NCBI GenBank assembly: GCA_963747225.1
Contig: CAVVES010000010.1
Span: forward strand, 11,336 to 75,335
Length of the DNA: 64,000 nucleotides
Direction of reading: 5' to 3'
From: an uncultured beta proteobacterium
Lineage (GTDB): Bacteria > Pseudomonadota > Gammaproteobacteria > Burkholderiales > JAEUMW01
Under the pieces are notes generated by a model, which saw only the letters and a program-made list of their open reading frames with translations, was not told where the DNA came from and ran no database searches. The position numbers and the translations under genes were made by a program. This document shows positions 1-9,110 of the stretch, one piece after another. Every line of letters starts with the position of its first letter. Position 1 is the first letter of the stretch.

Positions 1-256
1 CCACGACGTCGCCGCGGCCCGGGAAGCGCTGGTGGTGTTCCTTCAGCACGCTCTGCGCGAACGGTGGCGGTGCGTGCGCATCATCCACGGACGCGGGCTG
101 CGCTCGAAGAACGGCGAGCCGGTGCTCAAGTCGAGAGTGGCGCGCTGGCTCAGCCAGCGGGAAGAGATCCTTGCGTTCTGCGAGGCGCGCCCGGCGGATG
201 GAGGCGCGGGCGCAGTGATGGTGCTGTTGAGAGGAAAGCGGGAAGCGGGAAGTTAA
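1..256 (+). CDS. Smr (small MutS-related) domain protein, C-terminal part; 5' end outside window
   Basis: The frame is open from the window edge to the stop at 254-256. The stretch ...RCVRIIHGRGLRSKNGEPVLKSRVARWL... is the HGxG core typical of Smr domains. Confidence 0.65.
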   Translation, partial: HDVAAAREALVVFLQHALRERWRCVRIIHGRGLRSKNGEPVLKSRVARWLSQREEILAFCEARPADGGAGAVMVLLRGKREAGS

Positions 257-301
257 GGGAGTCGAAGCGCCCAAAGGGGCCGCGCACAGGCGCGCACGCC
301 A

Positions 302-315
302 TTCACTCCTTCACG
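302..315. repeat. Copy 1 of exact 14-mer TTCACTCCTTCACG in a C-rich, G-poor spacer between convergent genes
   Basis: Identical 14-mer also occurs at 2829-2842 and 2857-2870. This copy lies between the Smr stop and the glnB stop. Confidence 0.8.
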
Positions 316-334
316 TTCTCACGCCTTTACCGGG

Positions 335-925
<591 letters not shown>

Positions 926-976
926 TCACGCCCGTCACCGGCGGTGCGCCGGACTAGTTTCGACCGCCGCGACTCG

Positions 977-2113
977 ATGGCATCCGATTCCATCGTCGAG
1001 GTGCGGGACACCCTGGCGGATGTTCCCGTTGCGCAATGGAACGCCCTCACCCGGGACCATCCATCGCTTCGCCACGCCTTCCTGCACGCGCTGCACGACA
1101 CCGGGTGCGCGGCGCCTGAATCCGGCTGGACGCCGCGCTATCTGCTCCTTTGGCGCGGGCGGCAGCTCGCGGCGGCGATGCCGCTCTACCTGAAGGACCA
1201 TTCCTACGGCGAGTACGTCTTCGACTGGGCCTGGGCGGAAGCGTATCAGCGACATGGGCTCACCTATTACCCGAAGCTGCTCTGCGCGATTCCTTTCACA
1301 CCGGTGACCGGGCCGCGAATTCTCGCCTTCGACGACGCCGACCGGATGCTCTTGTTACGCACCGCACTCGCGCTCGCGGACGAGGAGAAAATCTCTTCCC
1401 TCCACGTGCTTTTTCCCGACGGGACTGAGGCGCAGGAAATCGCGGGTGCCGGCTTCATGCTTCGCCGCACGGTCCAGTTTCACTGGGTCAACCACGGCTA
1501 CGGCGACTTCGACGCCTTTCTCGCGACGATGAATCACCAGAAACGCAAAAAGATCCGGCAGGAGCGACGCCGGCTGCGCGACCTCGGCGTGCAGTTCACT
1601 CACCTGCACGGCGGCGAGGCGAGCGAGACGCACTGGAGATTCTTCTACGACTGCTATCGTCGCACCTATCGTCTGCACGGCGGCTCTCCCTATCTCTCCC
1701 GGGAATTCTTTTCCCGCATCGCGCGCTCCATGCCCGAACACGTCGTGCTCATGATTGGTCATCACGACAACACGCCCCTGTGCGCATCTTTGCACCTCGC
1801 GGGAGGCCGGCGTCTTTACGGGCGCTACTGGGGTGCGCAGCGTTTCGTGCCGGGGCTGCATTTCGAAGCGTGCTACTACCAGGCCATCGACTACTGCATT
1901 GCCCACGGCGTCGAAGCCTTCGAGGGCGGCGCGCAGGGCGAGCACAAGCTCGCGCGGGGACTCGAGCCGGTCGCGACTTTCTCGGCGCACTGGCTCGCCC
2001 ATCCCGCTTTCGCACAGGCTGTGGAAGAGTTCCTCGCGCGCGAATCCGGCGGCGTTACCGCGTACCTGGACGAACTGAACGAGCGCACGCCGTTCAAGGC
2101 GAGAGCATCCTGA
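977..2113 (+). CDS. DUF482 / FemAB-like GNAT-fold acyltransferase family protein
   Basis: 378 aa from the first ATG. WNAL...[15 protein letters not shown]...YYPKL...[10 protein letters not shown] pattern matches the family as I recall it. The stop overlaps the sfsA start (TGATG). Confidence 0.7.
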   Translation: MASDSIVEVRDTLADVPVAQWNALTRDHPSLRHAFLHALHDTGCAAPESGWTPRYLLLWRGRQLAAAMPLYLKDHSYGEYVFDWAWAEAYQRHGLTYYPKLLCAIPFTPVTGPRILAFDDADRMLLLRTALALADEEKISSLHVLFPDGTEAQEIAGAGFMLRRTVQFHWVNHGYGDFDAFLATMNHQKRKKIRQERRRLRDLGVQFTHLHGGEASETHWRFFYDCYRRTYRLHGGSPYLSREFFSRIARSMPEHVVLMIGHHDNTPLCASLHLAGGRRLYGRYWGAQRFVPGLHFEACYYQAIDYCIAHGVEAFEGGAQGEHKLARGLEPVATFSAHWLAHPAFAQAVEEFLARESGGVTAYLDELNERTPFKARAS

Positions 2114-2821
2114 TGCGGTTTGCAGCGCCGCTCGTTGGCGGAGAACTCGTCAAGCGGTACCAGCGCTTTCTCGCCGACGTAATCCTCGACGATGGGCGCA
2201 CGGTCACTGCGCACTGCCCGAACACGGGTTCCATGCTGGGGTGCGCGGAGCCGGGCAGCCGCGTGTGGCTCTCGTCGTCCGCCAACGCGCGCCGCAGGCT
2301 CCCTGGACGTGGGAACTGGTGGAAGCAACGCCGGGAGTGATCGTCGGCATTCATACCGGCCGCTCCAACAGCATCGTGCGCGAAGCGCTCGAAAGCGGTT
2401 TGCTGCGGGAAGTTGCCGACGTGGTTCGTATTCGCCCCGAGGCACAATATGGCCACGAAGGAAGCCGTGTGGACTTCCTCCTCGAGTGTAACGGAGGCAC
2501 AGCCTGTTACCTGGAAGTCAAGAACGTCACAGCTGCCGTCCGCAACGGTGTGGCGGTGTTCCCGGACGCGATCAGCGCGCGCGGAGCAAGGCACCTACGC
2601 GAGATGGTGCGCGTGGTGGAAGAAGGTCATCGCGCACTTCTTGTCTTTTGCGTGCAGCGCCAGGATGTGATCGAAGTGCGCCCGCCGACAACATCGATCC
2701 CGAATACGGACGGGAATTGCGGCGCGCGCTGGCAGCCGGAGTCAAAGTGGTCGCTTATCGGGCGCAGATGTCGACGGAGGAAATCCGCCTGGCTCATCCC
2801 CTGCCGGTCGTATGCCCGTGA
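2113..2821 (+). pseudogene. sfsA: Sugar fermentation stimulation protein SfsA homologue, interrupted by two apparent 1-nt deletions
   Basis: [23 protein letters not shown]...HCPNTGSM... continues in a second frame (PWTWELVEA...VDFLLE...YLEVKNVT...FPDAISARGARHLREM...). It then continues in a third frame (ADNIDPEYGRELRRALAAGVKVVAYRAQ...) to the TGA at 2819-2821. The frame changes lie near 2302-2306 and 2682-2687. Confidence 0.8.
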
Positions 2822-2828
2822 TCCCGAT

Positions 2829-2870
2829 TTCACTCCTTCACGCCTCACCCTCACCTTTCACTCCTTCACG
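2829..2870. repeat. Two further exact copies of TTCACTCCTTCACG (2829-2842, 2857-2870; 28-bp period) inside a G-poor tract 2822-2902
   Basis: Read directly from the sequence. About 8 G in about 79 nt on the + strand, between the convergent sfsA and arfB stops. Confidence 0.8.
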
Positions 2871-2902
2871 ACTTCACGCGTCACGCCTTCACCTTCCTGG
2901 AC

Positions 2903-3367
2903 TCACTCTTCTCCGCGCCGGCTGCGCTTGAGCAGGCTGCGCTGCCGCTTGGATTCGAGCCGCCGCACCCGGGACGCGGCCGAAGGTCGGGTGGCAATGC
3001 GTCGGCGCGGCGCAACGAGAGCCTGCCGGATGAGGTCGGCAAGCCGCTCGAGCGCATCGATCCGATTGCGCGCCTGCGTGCGGAAGCGTTGAGCGCGCAG
3101 CACGATCACATCCTCGTCGTTCAAGCGCCGGCCAGCCAGGCGCCTGAGGCGGAGCTTCACGTCCGCCGTCAGGGCGGGCGAACGCGCGACGCCGAACCGC
3201 AGCTCGACCGCGGTCGCAACCTTGTTGACGTTCTGGCCGCCGGGACCCGTGGCGCGCACGAACCGCTGCTCGATCTCTCCCATGTCGATGGCGAGACCGG
3301 GTGCGATGACCAGCTTGTCTGAGACCGGGCTGGTCTCGGGGTAAACCCTGGAATCTGAAACCGGCAC
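2903..3367 (-). CDS. arfB: Alternative ribosome-rescue factor ArfB (peptidyl-tRNA hydrolase, YaeJ family)
   Basis: GGQ motif in ATGPGGQNVNKVATAVELRF plus a basic C-terminal tail (RRLESKRQRSLLKRSRR). GTG start; the exact N-terminus is uncertain. Confidence 0.85.
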   Translation of the reverse strand: MPVSDSRVYPETSPVSDKLVIAPGLAIDMGEIEQRFVRATGPGGQNVNKVATAVELRFGVARSPALTADVKLRLRRLAGRRLNDEDVIVLRAQRFRTQARNRIDALERLADLIRQALVAPRRRIATRPSAASRVRRLESKRQRSLLKRSRRGEE

Positions 3368-3373
3368 CGCAGG

Positions 3374-3393
3374 CTGAGGGGCGGACCCCTCAG
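3374..3393 (-). terminator. 8-bp GC hairpin (CTGAGGGG-CGGA-CCCCTCAG) overlapping the DUF465 stop codon
   Basis: Perfect inverted repeat read from the sequence. No clear U-tract, so terminator or attenuator function is uncertain. Confidence 0.3.
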
Positions 3394-3602
3394 GCCGGTA
3401 CGCTGGGGGTGACCTGTCGCTCGAGGAAAGCGATGTGGTCTTTGATGTAGAGCTTTTTCTTCTTGAGCCGCCGTAGCTGTAGCTCGTCCTGACCCGCAGC
3501 GATGGCGAGGCGATTAATGATGTCGTCCAGGTCCTTGTGCTCGACCTTGAGCGCCTGGAGCTTTTCGTAAATGGCTTCGAGCTCTGCGGTATCCATTTCC
3601 AT
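3390..3602 (-). CDS. DUF465 (YdcH-like) small coiled-coil protein
   Basis: 70 aa. ...LKVEHKDLDDIINRL...LQLRRLKKKKLYIKDHIAFLE fits the DUF465 pattern. Confidence 0.7.
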   Translation of the reverse strand: MEMDTAELEAIYEKLQALKVEHKDLDDIINRLAIAAGQDELQLRRLKKKKLYIKDHIAFLERQVTPSVPA

Positions 3603-3862
3603 GGCGGCCCTCCCTGACGGTTACGTCTACTATAGCAAATCGCACAGCGCTGCGCTAAAGTCCCAACTTATTGATCTAACGTGCTTTTCCAGACATGCGT
3701 GAACACGTGGCACGATTACCCTACAACTCGCAAGGCTACCCTCGATCAGGCAAACGAGCAACGCAAATCCGGCGGCCTCTTGCTATCATGCGCGCCAGAA
3801 GCGAGGCCCCGATCCCCGGCGGTCCCTCGCATAATGGCCACTACCAACAAGCTGGAATTCCC

Positions 3863-4426
3863 ATGCGCACCTTCCCCATGAGTTTTCGGATCGCAGTCTC
3901 CGCTCTCGCCCTGCTCGCGTCGAGCGCCTGCACCACTTCGAACTATCAGAACTGGACGCCGCAGGGTTGGAACCCCCCCGCCGGTGTTGTGCTTCCGGTT
4001 CGGGCGCGGGTCGCGGTCGAGCCCGATCCAGCCATGCCGCAGTTGGAAATGCGGACCGCGTGGTGGACCTATCCCGATGTCCAGCTCATGCTGCATGCAG
4101 GCTTCAACATTTTCCATCGCGTCTTCTCCGACGCCGGGCCGGCGGCGAGTGTGAGTGATCCCGCCGTCACCATCGTCCTCAAGGGCACCAGCAGCCTCAA
4201 TCCGACATTGAACGAGTATTACGCCAACGTCACGGCGACAATCTTCCAGGGAGCGGATACCTACAGCCCGCCGCTTGCCGTTTTCAAGGGAGACGGCAAG
4301 GCCTCCGCGCAGAATTACACGCGCAACGGCATCCTGATGGCGTACGAAGCCGCCTTTGCCCAGATCGGCAACAAACTGCTGGCCGATCGGCAATTGATTG
4401 CCCTGATCGAGGCCAAAGGCAAGTAA
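3863..4426 (+). CDS. Lipoprotein, paralogue 1 of a tandem triplet (function unknown)
   Basis: Signal peptide plus Cys (ALLASSAC-TT). Shares ...LKGTSSLNPTLNEYYANVTATIF...AYEAAFAQIGNKLLAD with the next two genes. The start is taken at the internal ATG preceding the signal peptide. Confidence 0.6.
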   Translation: MRTFPMSFRIAVSALALLASSACTTSNYQNWTPQGWNPPAGVVLPVRARVAVEPDPAMPQLEMRTAWWTYPDVQLMLHAGFNIFHRVFSDAGPAASVSDPAVTIVLKGTSSLNPTLNEYYANVTATIFQGADTYSPPLAVFKGDGKASAQNYTRNGILMAYEAAFAQIGNKLLADRQLIALIEAKGK

Positions 4427-4459
4427 CCGCGGCGCTCGTCTCTGGAGCATTGGAATCAT

Positions 4460-5020
4460 ATGCGCGCGAGTCTGGGAGCCCGGTCCGCGACGCTGATCGT
4501 CTTCGCATGCCTGATCGGATGCACGGCTGTGCCGCCGCCGCGCCCGACGGTCGTTGCGCCGCCCGGCATCGAACTCCCCATTCCCGCCACGGTTCTGTAC
4601 GAGATCGCGCCGAACCAGCGCGACTTCAACGTATCGAGCCTGGGACCGTATACCTGGGGTTACCGGGAAGCTCCGCTGATGTCCGCGGCAGCCACGGCGA
4701 TGATGCACGACATGTTCTCCGACGTGGTAGTAGCGGACGGGCCGATCGGGAACGGCATCGTGTTCCAGCTCAGTGGATACACATCGATCAACCCGGCGGT
4801 TTCGATGTACTACGCCACGGCGATCGCCGACGTCTTCGTGCGTACCGAAGCAGGCGAGCGCCAGATCGGCCAATACCGGGGCATCGGCAGCGCCTGGGGG
4901 CTGATCTATTCCTACCCTCCCCTCGAAACCGCCTACGCTGCGGCATTCAGCGAACTGAGCCGGCAAATGCTCGCGGATCCCGAGCTGATCAAACGGTTCC
5001 CCACAAAGAGTCGGAAGTGA
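4460..5020 (+). CDS. Lipoprotein, paralogue 2 of tandem triplet
   Basis: Lipobox LIGC. PPPRPTVVAPPG...YEIAPNQRDFNVSS...GIVFQLSGYTSINPAVSMYYATAIADVF...AFSELSRQMLAD. Confidence 0.7.
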   Translation: MRASLGARSATLIVFACLIGCTAVPPPRPTVVAPPGIELPIPATVLYEIAPNQRDFNVSSLGPYTWGYREAPLMSAAATAMMHDMFSDVVVADGPIGNGIVFQLSGYTSINPAVSMYYATAIADVFVRTEAGERQIGQYRGIGSAWGLIYSYPPLETAYAAAFSELSRQMLADPELIKRFPTKSRK

Positions 5021-5103
5021 GGGAACCCGCATTCCGCCAAGCTCGCCGGGGCGCCGCACGGTGGCGCCTGCGGCTCACGAAAACGTCAAATCTGGAGTGA
5101 ACG

Positions 5104-5691
5104 ATGCGAACAACCCTGGCTGTCCTCGCCGCCACGCTGCTCATGGCTCTCGGTGCCTGCACGACGGCACCCCCGCCACGCCCGGTCGTCGTTGCCCCTC
5201 CCGGCGTCACGCTGCCCCTGCCGGCCAGGGTCTTCTACGAGATCGCTCCCAGTCAGCGGGAATTCAATGTCTCGAGCCGTGGACCCACGACCTGGGTCTA
5301 TCCGGAAGGGCGGTTGATGCGCGAGGCGGCGATGCCGATGATGCGCGATCTCTTCGCCGATCCGGCCGCGGCCGAAACGCGGTCCAACGGCATCGTGTTT
5401 CAGCTGAGCGGAGCGTCCAGCATCAACCCCGCCGTTTCCCGCTACAACGCGACGGCGGTCGCCGACGTGTTCCTGCGCACGGAAACGTCTGAGCGGTTGA
5501 TCGGCCAATTCCGGGGGACGGGAAGCGCGCAAGGCCGGATCTTCTCCGAGCGACCGCTTCAGGAGGCCTACGCTATTGCGTTCAGCGAGCTCAGCCGCCA
5601 GATCTTGGCCGACGCAGAACTGATGAGGCAGATTTCACCGAGGGCGCAACTAAGGATGGAGGACGCGGCTAGTTTGTCTGCGGCACGATAG
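5104..5691 (+). CDS. Lipoprotein, paralogue 3 of tandem triplet
   Basis: Lipobox LGAC. Collinear with paralogue 2 (PPPRPVVVAPPG...YEIAPSQREFNVSS...GIVFQLSGASSINPAVSRYNATAVADVF...AFSELSRQILAD). GGAG lies 7 nt upstream of the ATG. Confidence 0.7.
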   Translation: MRTTLAVLAATLLMALGACTTAPPPRPVVVAPPGVTLPLPARVFYEIAPSQREFNVSSRGPTTWVYPEGRLMREAAMPMMRDLFADPAAAETRSNGIVFQLSGASSINPAVSRYNATAVADVFLRTETSERLIGQFRGTGSAQGRIFSERPLQEAYAIAFSELSRQILADAELMRQISPRAQLRMEDAASLSAAR

Positions 5692-6611
5692 CGGTTGCGG
5701 ACGACGCCGTCTGCTTCGCACCGCCCGCATCGCCCGCGCGCTAGCGCACGAAATTCACCGGCATACTGATACGCCTTGCTCTGGGCCCGCGATCGCTGCG
5801 CCGGAGTGAGCATACGATCCAGTTCCAGCAGCATCGACACCGTTCGCCGCCGCGTTTCCACCGCGAGCGCATCGTACTCGGGAGTCCTGCCCTCATCCCA
5901 GGCGAGGAGCCATGCCTCCAGGGCCGGGGCAAGCGTTGGAGCGGTGCGGTTGTCGCGCAGGATCGCGATCAGTTCTCCCTGCCGCCGCTCACGATCAGCC
6001 AGGCGCGGGGCGCCCGTCACCGGAAGAGCGAAGCTCAACGTTCGAATCTGCGCACGCTGTGCGTCCGACAGGGTTCCCACCCATTCCTCCACGTTCGTGA
6101 CCGTCTTTTCGAAGCGCCCCTTCCGTAGCTTATCGGGGGAGACCTCGACGTAATCTTCGGCAAAGCGCTCGTTGTCGCGCTTCAACTCCGCTTCGAAATG
6201 CGCAACCTGCTCTGGGGAAAGCGTGCTCAACACTTCCGCCGCACCCTTCGCGGTTTGTCGCACCAGGGCTTCGTAGTGATTCTCTGCGAGCTCCGCGAAC
6301 CACTCGATATCGGTTTCGGTCAGGCCCGCGCCAATGCGATCTCCCGCGCTCGCGAATGTGACCGCGTACTGCGGCAGTTCCTCGTGCCGATGCCATCGCG
6401 CGGCTGCATCGAAGCGTCCTTGCAGCAACGCCTTCTGGGCACCGTCGAGCTCGAAGAATTCGTCGGCTTTCCAGCGCACGTACAGATCCGCGTTGTTGTA
6501 CGCGATACGCGCGACGCTGCAAGCGGCGAGAAACACGAGGCAGGCGCCGAGAAGCGATACACACATCCGACGCTGACCGGCGCCGAGCCGGTCAAACGGG
6601 AGAACAATCAT
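5568..6611 (-). CDS. DUF6279-like lipoprotein
   Basis: Signal peptide/lipobox (LAAC) followed by RIAYNNADLYVRWKADEFFELDGAQ..., as in DUF6279 proteins from memory. It starts 18 nt downstream of the GGDEF-EAL gene. The last ~120 nt overlap the 3' end of lipoprotein 3 in antisense, so the true stop may be earlier. Confidence 0.55.
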   Translation of the reverse strand: MIVLPFDRLGAGQRRMCVSLLGACLVFLAACSVARIAYNNADLYVRWKADEFFELDGAQKALLQGRFDAAARWHRHEELPQYAVTFASAGDRIGAGLTETDIEWFAELAENHYEALVRQTAKGAAEVLSTLSPEQVAHFEAELKRDNERFAEDYVEVSPDKLRKGRFEKTVTNVEEWVGTLSDAQRAQIRTLSFALPVTGAPRLADRERRQGELIAILRDNRTAPTLAPALEAWLLAWDEGRTPEYDALAVETRRRTVSMLLELDRMLTPAQRSRAQSKAYQYAGEFRALARGRCGRCEADGVVRNRYRAADKLAASSILSCALGEICLISSASAKIWRLSSLNAIA

Positions 6612-6629
6612 GACTACTTTTGACGACGC

Positions 6630-8885
6630 TTACGCGTCGAGTTCAAAGGAAAAGCTGCAATCCAACATCGGCGTCAATCGAACGATGTCGACGGGCGCGC
6701 CGATGAGGTAACCTTGCGCCTCCGTACAACCCTGCCGCCGGAGGAACTCGAGTTGTTCGAGCGTCTCGACGCCGGCGGCGCTTGCCTGCAACCCGATGCC
6801 GCGGGCGAGATGGAGCAGCCCAACCACCACTGCCGCTGCATCGGCGTCTTCCGGTACGGAGCGGAACGCGCGCAGATCCACTTTCATGCGATCCATCCGC
6901 AGTCGGCGCAGCGTCAGCAATTCGGACGGTCCGGCGCCAAATCGCTCCGCAGTGAGGCTAACACCGAGGGCCTTGAGGCGACCCAGATTTTCCTCTATTC
7001 CCGTGGAAAGCGCGAGCGATTCGCAATCGATTTCCAACTCGAGGCACGAACCGGGAAGGCCGCTCTCCGTCAATGCGCGCTCGACGATCGCAGGCAGTTC
7101 CTCGGCTGCGCACTCCTTCGCACACAGGTTCACGGCGACGCTCCGGGTTAGTTCGTTCCCGCAGCGCCAGCTCGCGGCGGCCCGACAGGCAGCCCCCACC
7201 ACCCAGTGACCGAGCGGCAGCATGAGCCCGCACTCCTGCGCGACCGGTATCACACGGTCGGCGCCGACCAGACCTTCCTGGGGATGACGCCAGCGAAGCA
7301 GCGCCTCGCAAGCAACCAGCTTTCTCGTGTTAAGCGCCACTCGCGGCTGAAAGTGAAGCTCGAATTCGCCGCGGTCCAGAGCATGGCGCAGTTCCAGTTC
7401 GAGGCTGAAGCGGCGGCTTGCCGCCTGGTGCGTCGCTTCGGCGTAAAAGTGGAAATTGTTGCGACCCGCAGCCTTCGCCTCGTACATCGCTGCATCGGCG
7501 TGCCGCAAGAGAACGTCCGGTCCATCGCCATCTTCCGGAGCGACGCTGATGCCGATCGACGGCGTGATTTGCATTTCGTGATCTTCGACGCGAAACGGTT
7601 CGGCCAGCGCATCGAGTATCTTTCGCGCGACCACGGCCGCGTCACGGTCCTTGCCAACCTCGGGCAGAACCACCACGAACTCGTCGCCGCCCACCCGGGC
7701 CACCGTGTCGCCCTCGCGCAGAACCACCTTGAGCCGTTCGGCCACCGCGGCAAGAAGCTTGTCGCCCACTACGTGACCCAGTGAATCGTTGACAGCCTTG
7801 AAGCGATCGAGGTCGATAAACATCACCCCCACTCCCTTGTCGTGGCGGTGAGACAGGGCCAGGGCCTGACCTAGCCGGTCCCGCAACAGGCGCCGATTGG
7901 GGAGGCCAGTGAGAACGTCGTGGTCCGCAAGGTGGCGCGCTCGTTCCTCGGCCTGACGGCGCTCCGCAATCTCGTTGCGCAGCCGGTCGTTGGTTTCCGC
8001 GAGCTCGGCCGTGCGTTCCCTTACGCGCCGCTCCAGCTCATCCTTGGCGCGCTCGAGCGCTTCTTTCCATTGGCGCTGCTCGGTGATGTCCTCGGCGACG
8101 AAGATCCAGCCGCGCTCTTGGTCGCGCGGGTCGAGGGGCGAGCCCAACAGCCGCGCCCAGAATAGGCTCCCATCCTTGCGCCTGAGCTGCATGTCGCCCT
8201 GGAACGGCGCGCCGGTGGGCGATGGCGCCGAGTACAGCGCGCGTCCCATGCGCTCGAACGACTCGTCGCTCGGGAACACGATGCGGGTGGACTGCCCGTT
8301 CATCTCCCCGGGCGTATAGCCGAACATTCGCTCCATGCGGGGATTGGTGCGGACCAGGCAGCGATTCTTTAGGAACGCAATGCCGACCGTGGCGTGATCG
8401 AGCAGTTGCTGCTGCTCGTGGGCGAGCTGACGCAGGGACTCCTGGGCGAGCCTTCTTTCGCTGACGTCTTCCGCGATCCAGATCGTTCCGTGGGCGGGAT
8501 TGCTCGGTGACACTGCCTTCGCCAGCAGCCGGCACCAGAATTCGTCCCCACCCCGCCGCCGCATGCGCCATTCGACGTCCACGGTTTCCCCGGAGGCAAG
8601 CCGTGGCGCCGCGATCAGACCCAGGTCTTCGTAGCTTTCGCGGCTGGGAAAGAGGACCGTCCCGTCCTGTCCAGTGAGATCAGTGGGAGCGTAGCCGAAC
8701 AGGCTCGCAAAGCGCGCGTTGCAATGGAGGACGCGGCGGCCCCGGGTGAAGAGGATCCCCACCCATGCGTTCTGGAGGATGGCTTCGTATTCGAGCACGG
8801 TCCGGCGCACTTCGAAACGGTGCAGAACGGAAGGAGGGTGCTCGAGCTTGGCGTCGGTCGGCCGCGACAAATCTGGAACAGCCAT
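6630..8885 (-). CDS. PAS/PAS-GGDEF-EAL c-di-GMP turnover protein
   Basis: Two PAS-like modules and a coiled coil. GGDEF motif (RVGGDEFVVVL) and an EAL domain (EALLRW...). The first ATG is at 8885, and the track start at 8888 is TTG. Confidence 0.9.
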   Translation of the reverse strand: MAVPDLSRPTDAKLEHPPSVLHRFEVRRTVLEYEAILQNAWVGILFTRGRRVLHCNARFASLFGYAPTDLTGQDGTVLFPSRESYEDLGLIAAPRLASGETVDVEWRMRRRGGDEFWCRLLAKAVSPSNPAHGTIWIAEDVSERRLAQESLRQLAHEQQQLLDHATVGIAFLKNRCLVRTNPRMERMFGYTPGEMNGQSTRIVFPSDESFERMGRALYSAPSPTGAPFQGDMQLRRKDGSLFWARLLGSPLDPRDQERGWIFVAEDITEQRQWKEALERAKDELERRVRERTAELAETNDRLRNEIAERRQAEERARHLADHDVLTGLPNRRLLRDRLGQALALSHRHDKGVGVMFIDLDRFKAVNDSLGHVVGDKLLAAVAERLKVVLREGDTVARVGGDEFVVVLPEVGKDRDAAVVARKILDALAEPFRVEDHEMQITPSIGISVAPEDGDGPDVLLRHADAAMYEAKAAGRNNFHFYAEATHQAASRRFSLELELRHALDRGEFELHFQPRVALNTRKLVACEALLRWRHPQEGLVGADRVIPVAQECGLMLPLGHWVVGAACRAAASWRCGNELTRSVAVNLCAKECAAEELPAIVERALTESGLPGSCLELEIDCESLALSTGIEENLGRLKALGVSLTAERFGAGPSELLTLRRLRMDRMKVDLRAFRSVPEDADAAAVVVGLLHLARGIGLQASAAGVETLEQLEFLRRQGCTEAQGYLIGAPVDIVRLTPMLDCSFSFELDA

Positions 8886-9110
8886 CAATCGGGATGTCTT
8901 CAGGGGGTATCCCCCGCAGATGGCCGGTATTACACCGGGACTCTGGGCCGGAAAGCGGATTGCGTGCCTGAACTCGACTTCCCAGAAATAAGTCTTTTAA
9001 TCAATTGCTTATGTCATCAGGAAAGCCCCGCTTGATGAGCGTTTTCGGCATGAGTTTCGTCCCACGGTCTGCGCCGGGCAACCCTTCCCCTCACTTCTTC
9101 GGCGCCGCCG

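Noticed and set aside
3708-3724. TGGCAC hexamer upstream of lipoprotein 1 as a sigma54 promoter
   Set aside because: The sequence TGGCACGATTACCCT has CT, not GC, at the -12 position (GG-N10-GC fails).
3746-5059. 437-aa minus-strand ORF across the lipoprotein triplet
   Set aside because: It is an Arg/Gly/Pro-rich shadow ORF antisense to three well-supported signal-peptide genes. This is typical of high-GC DNA.
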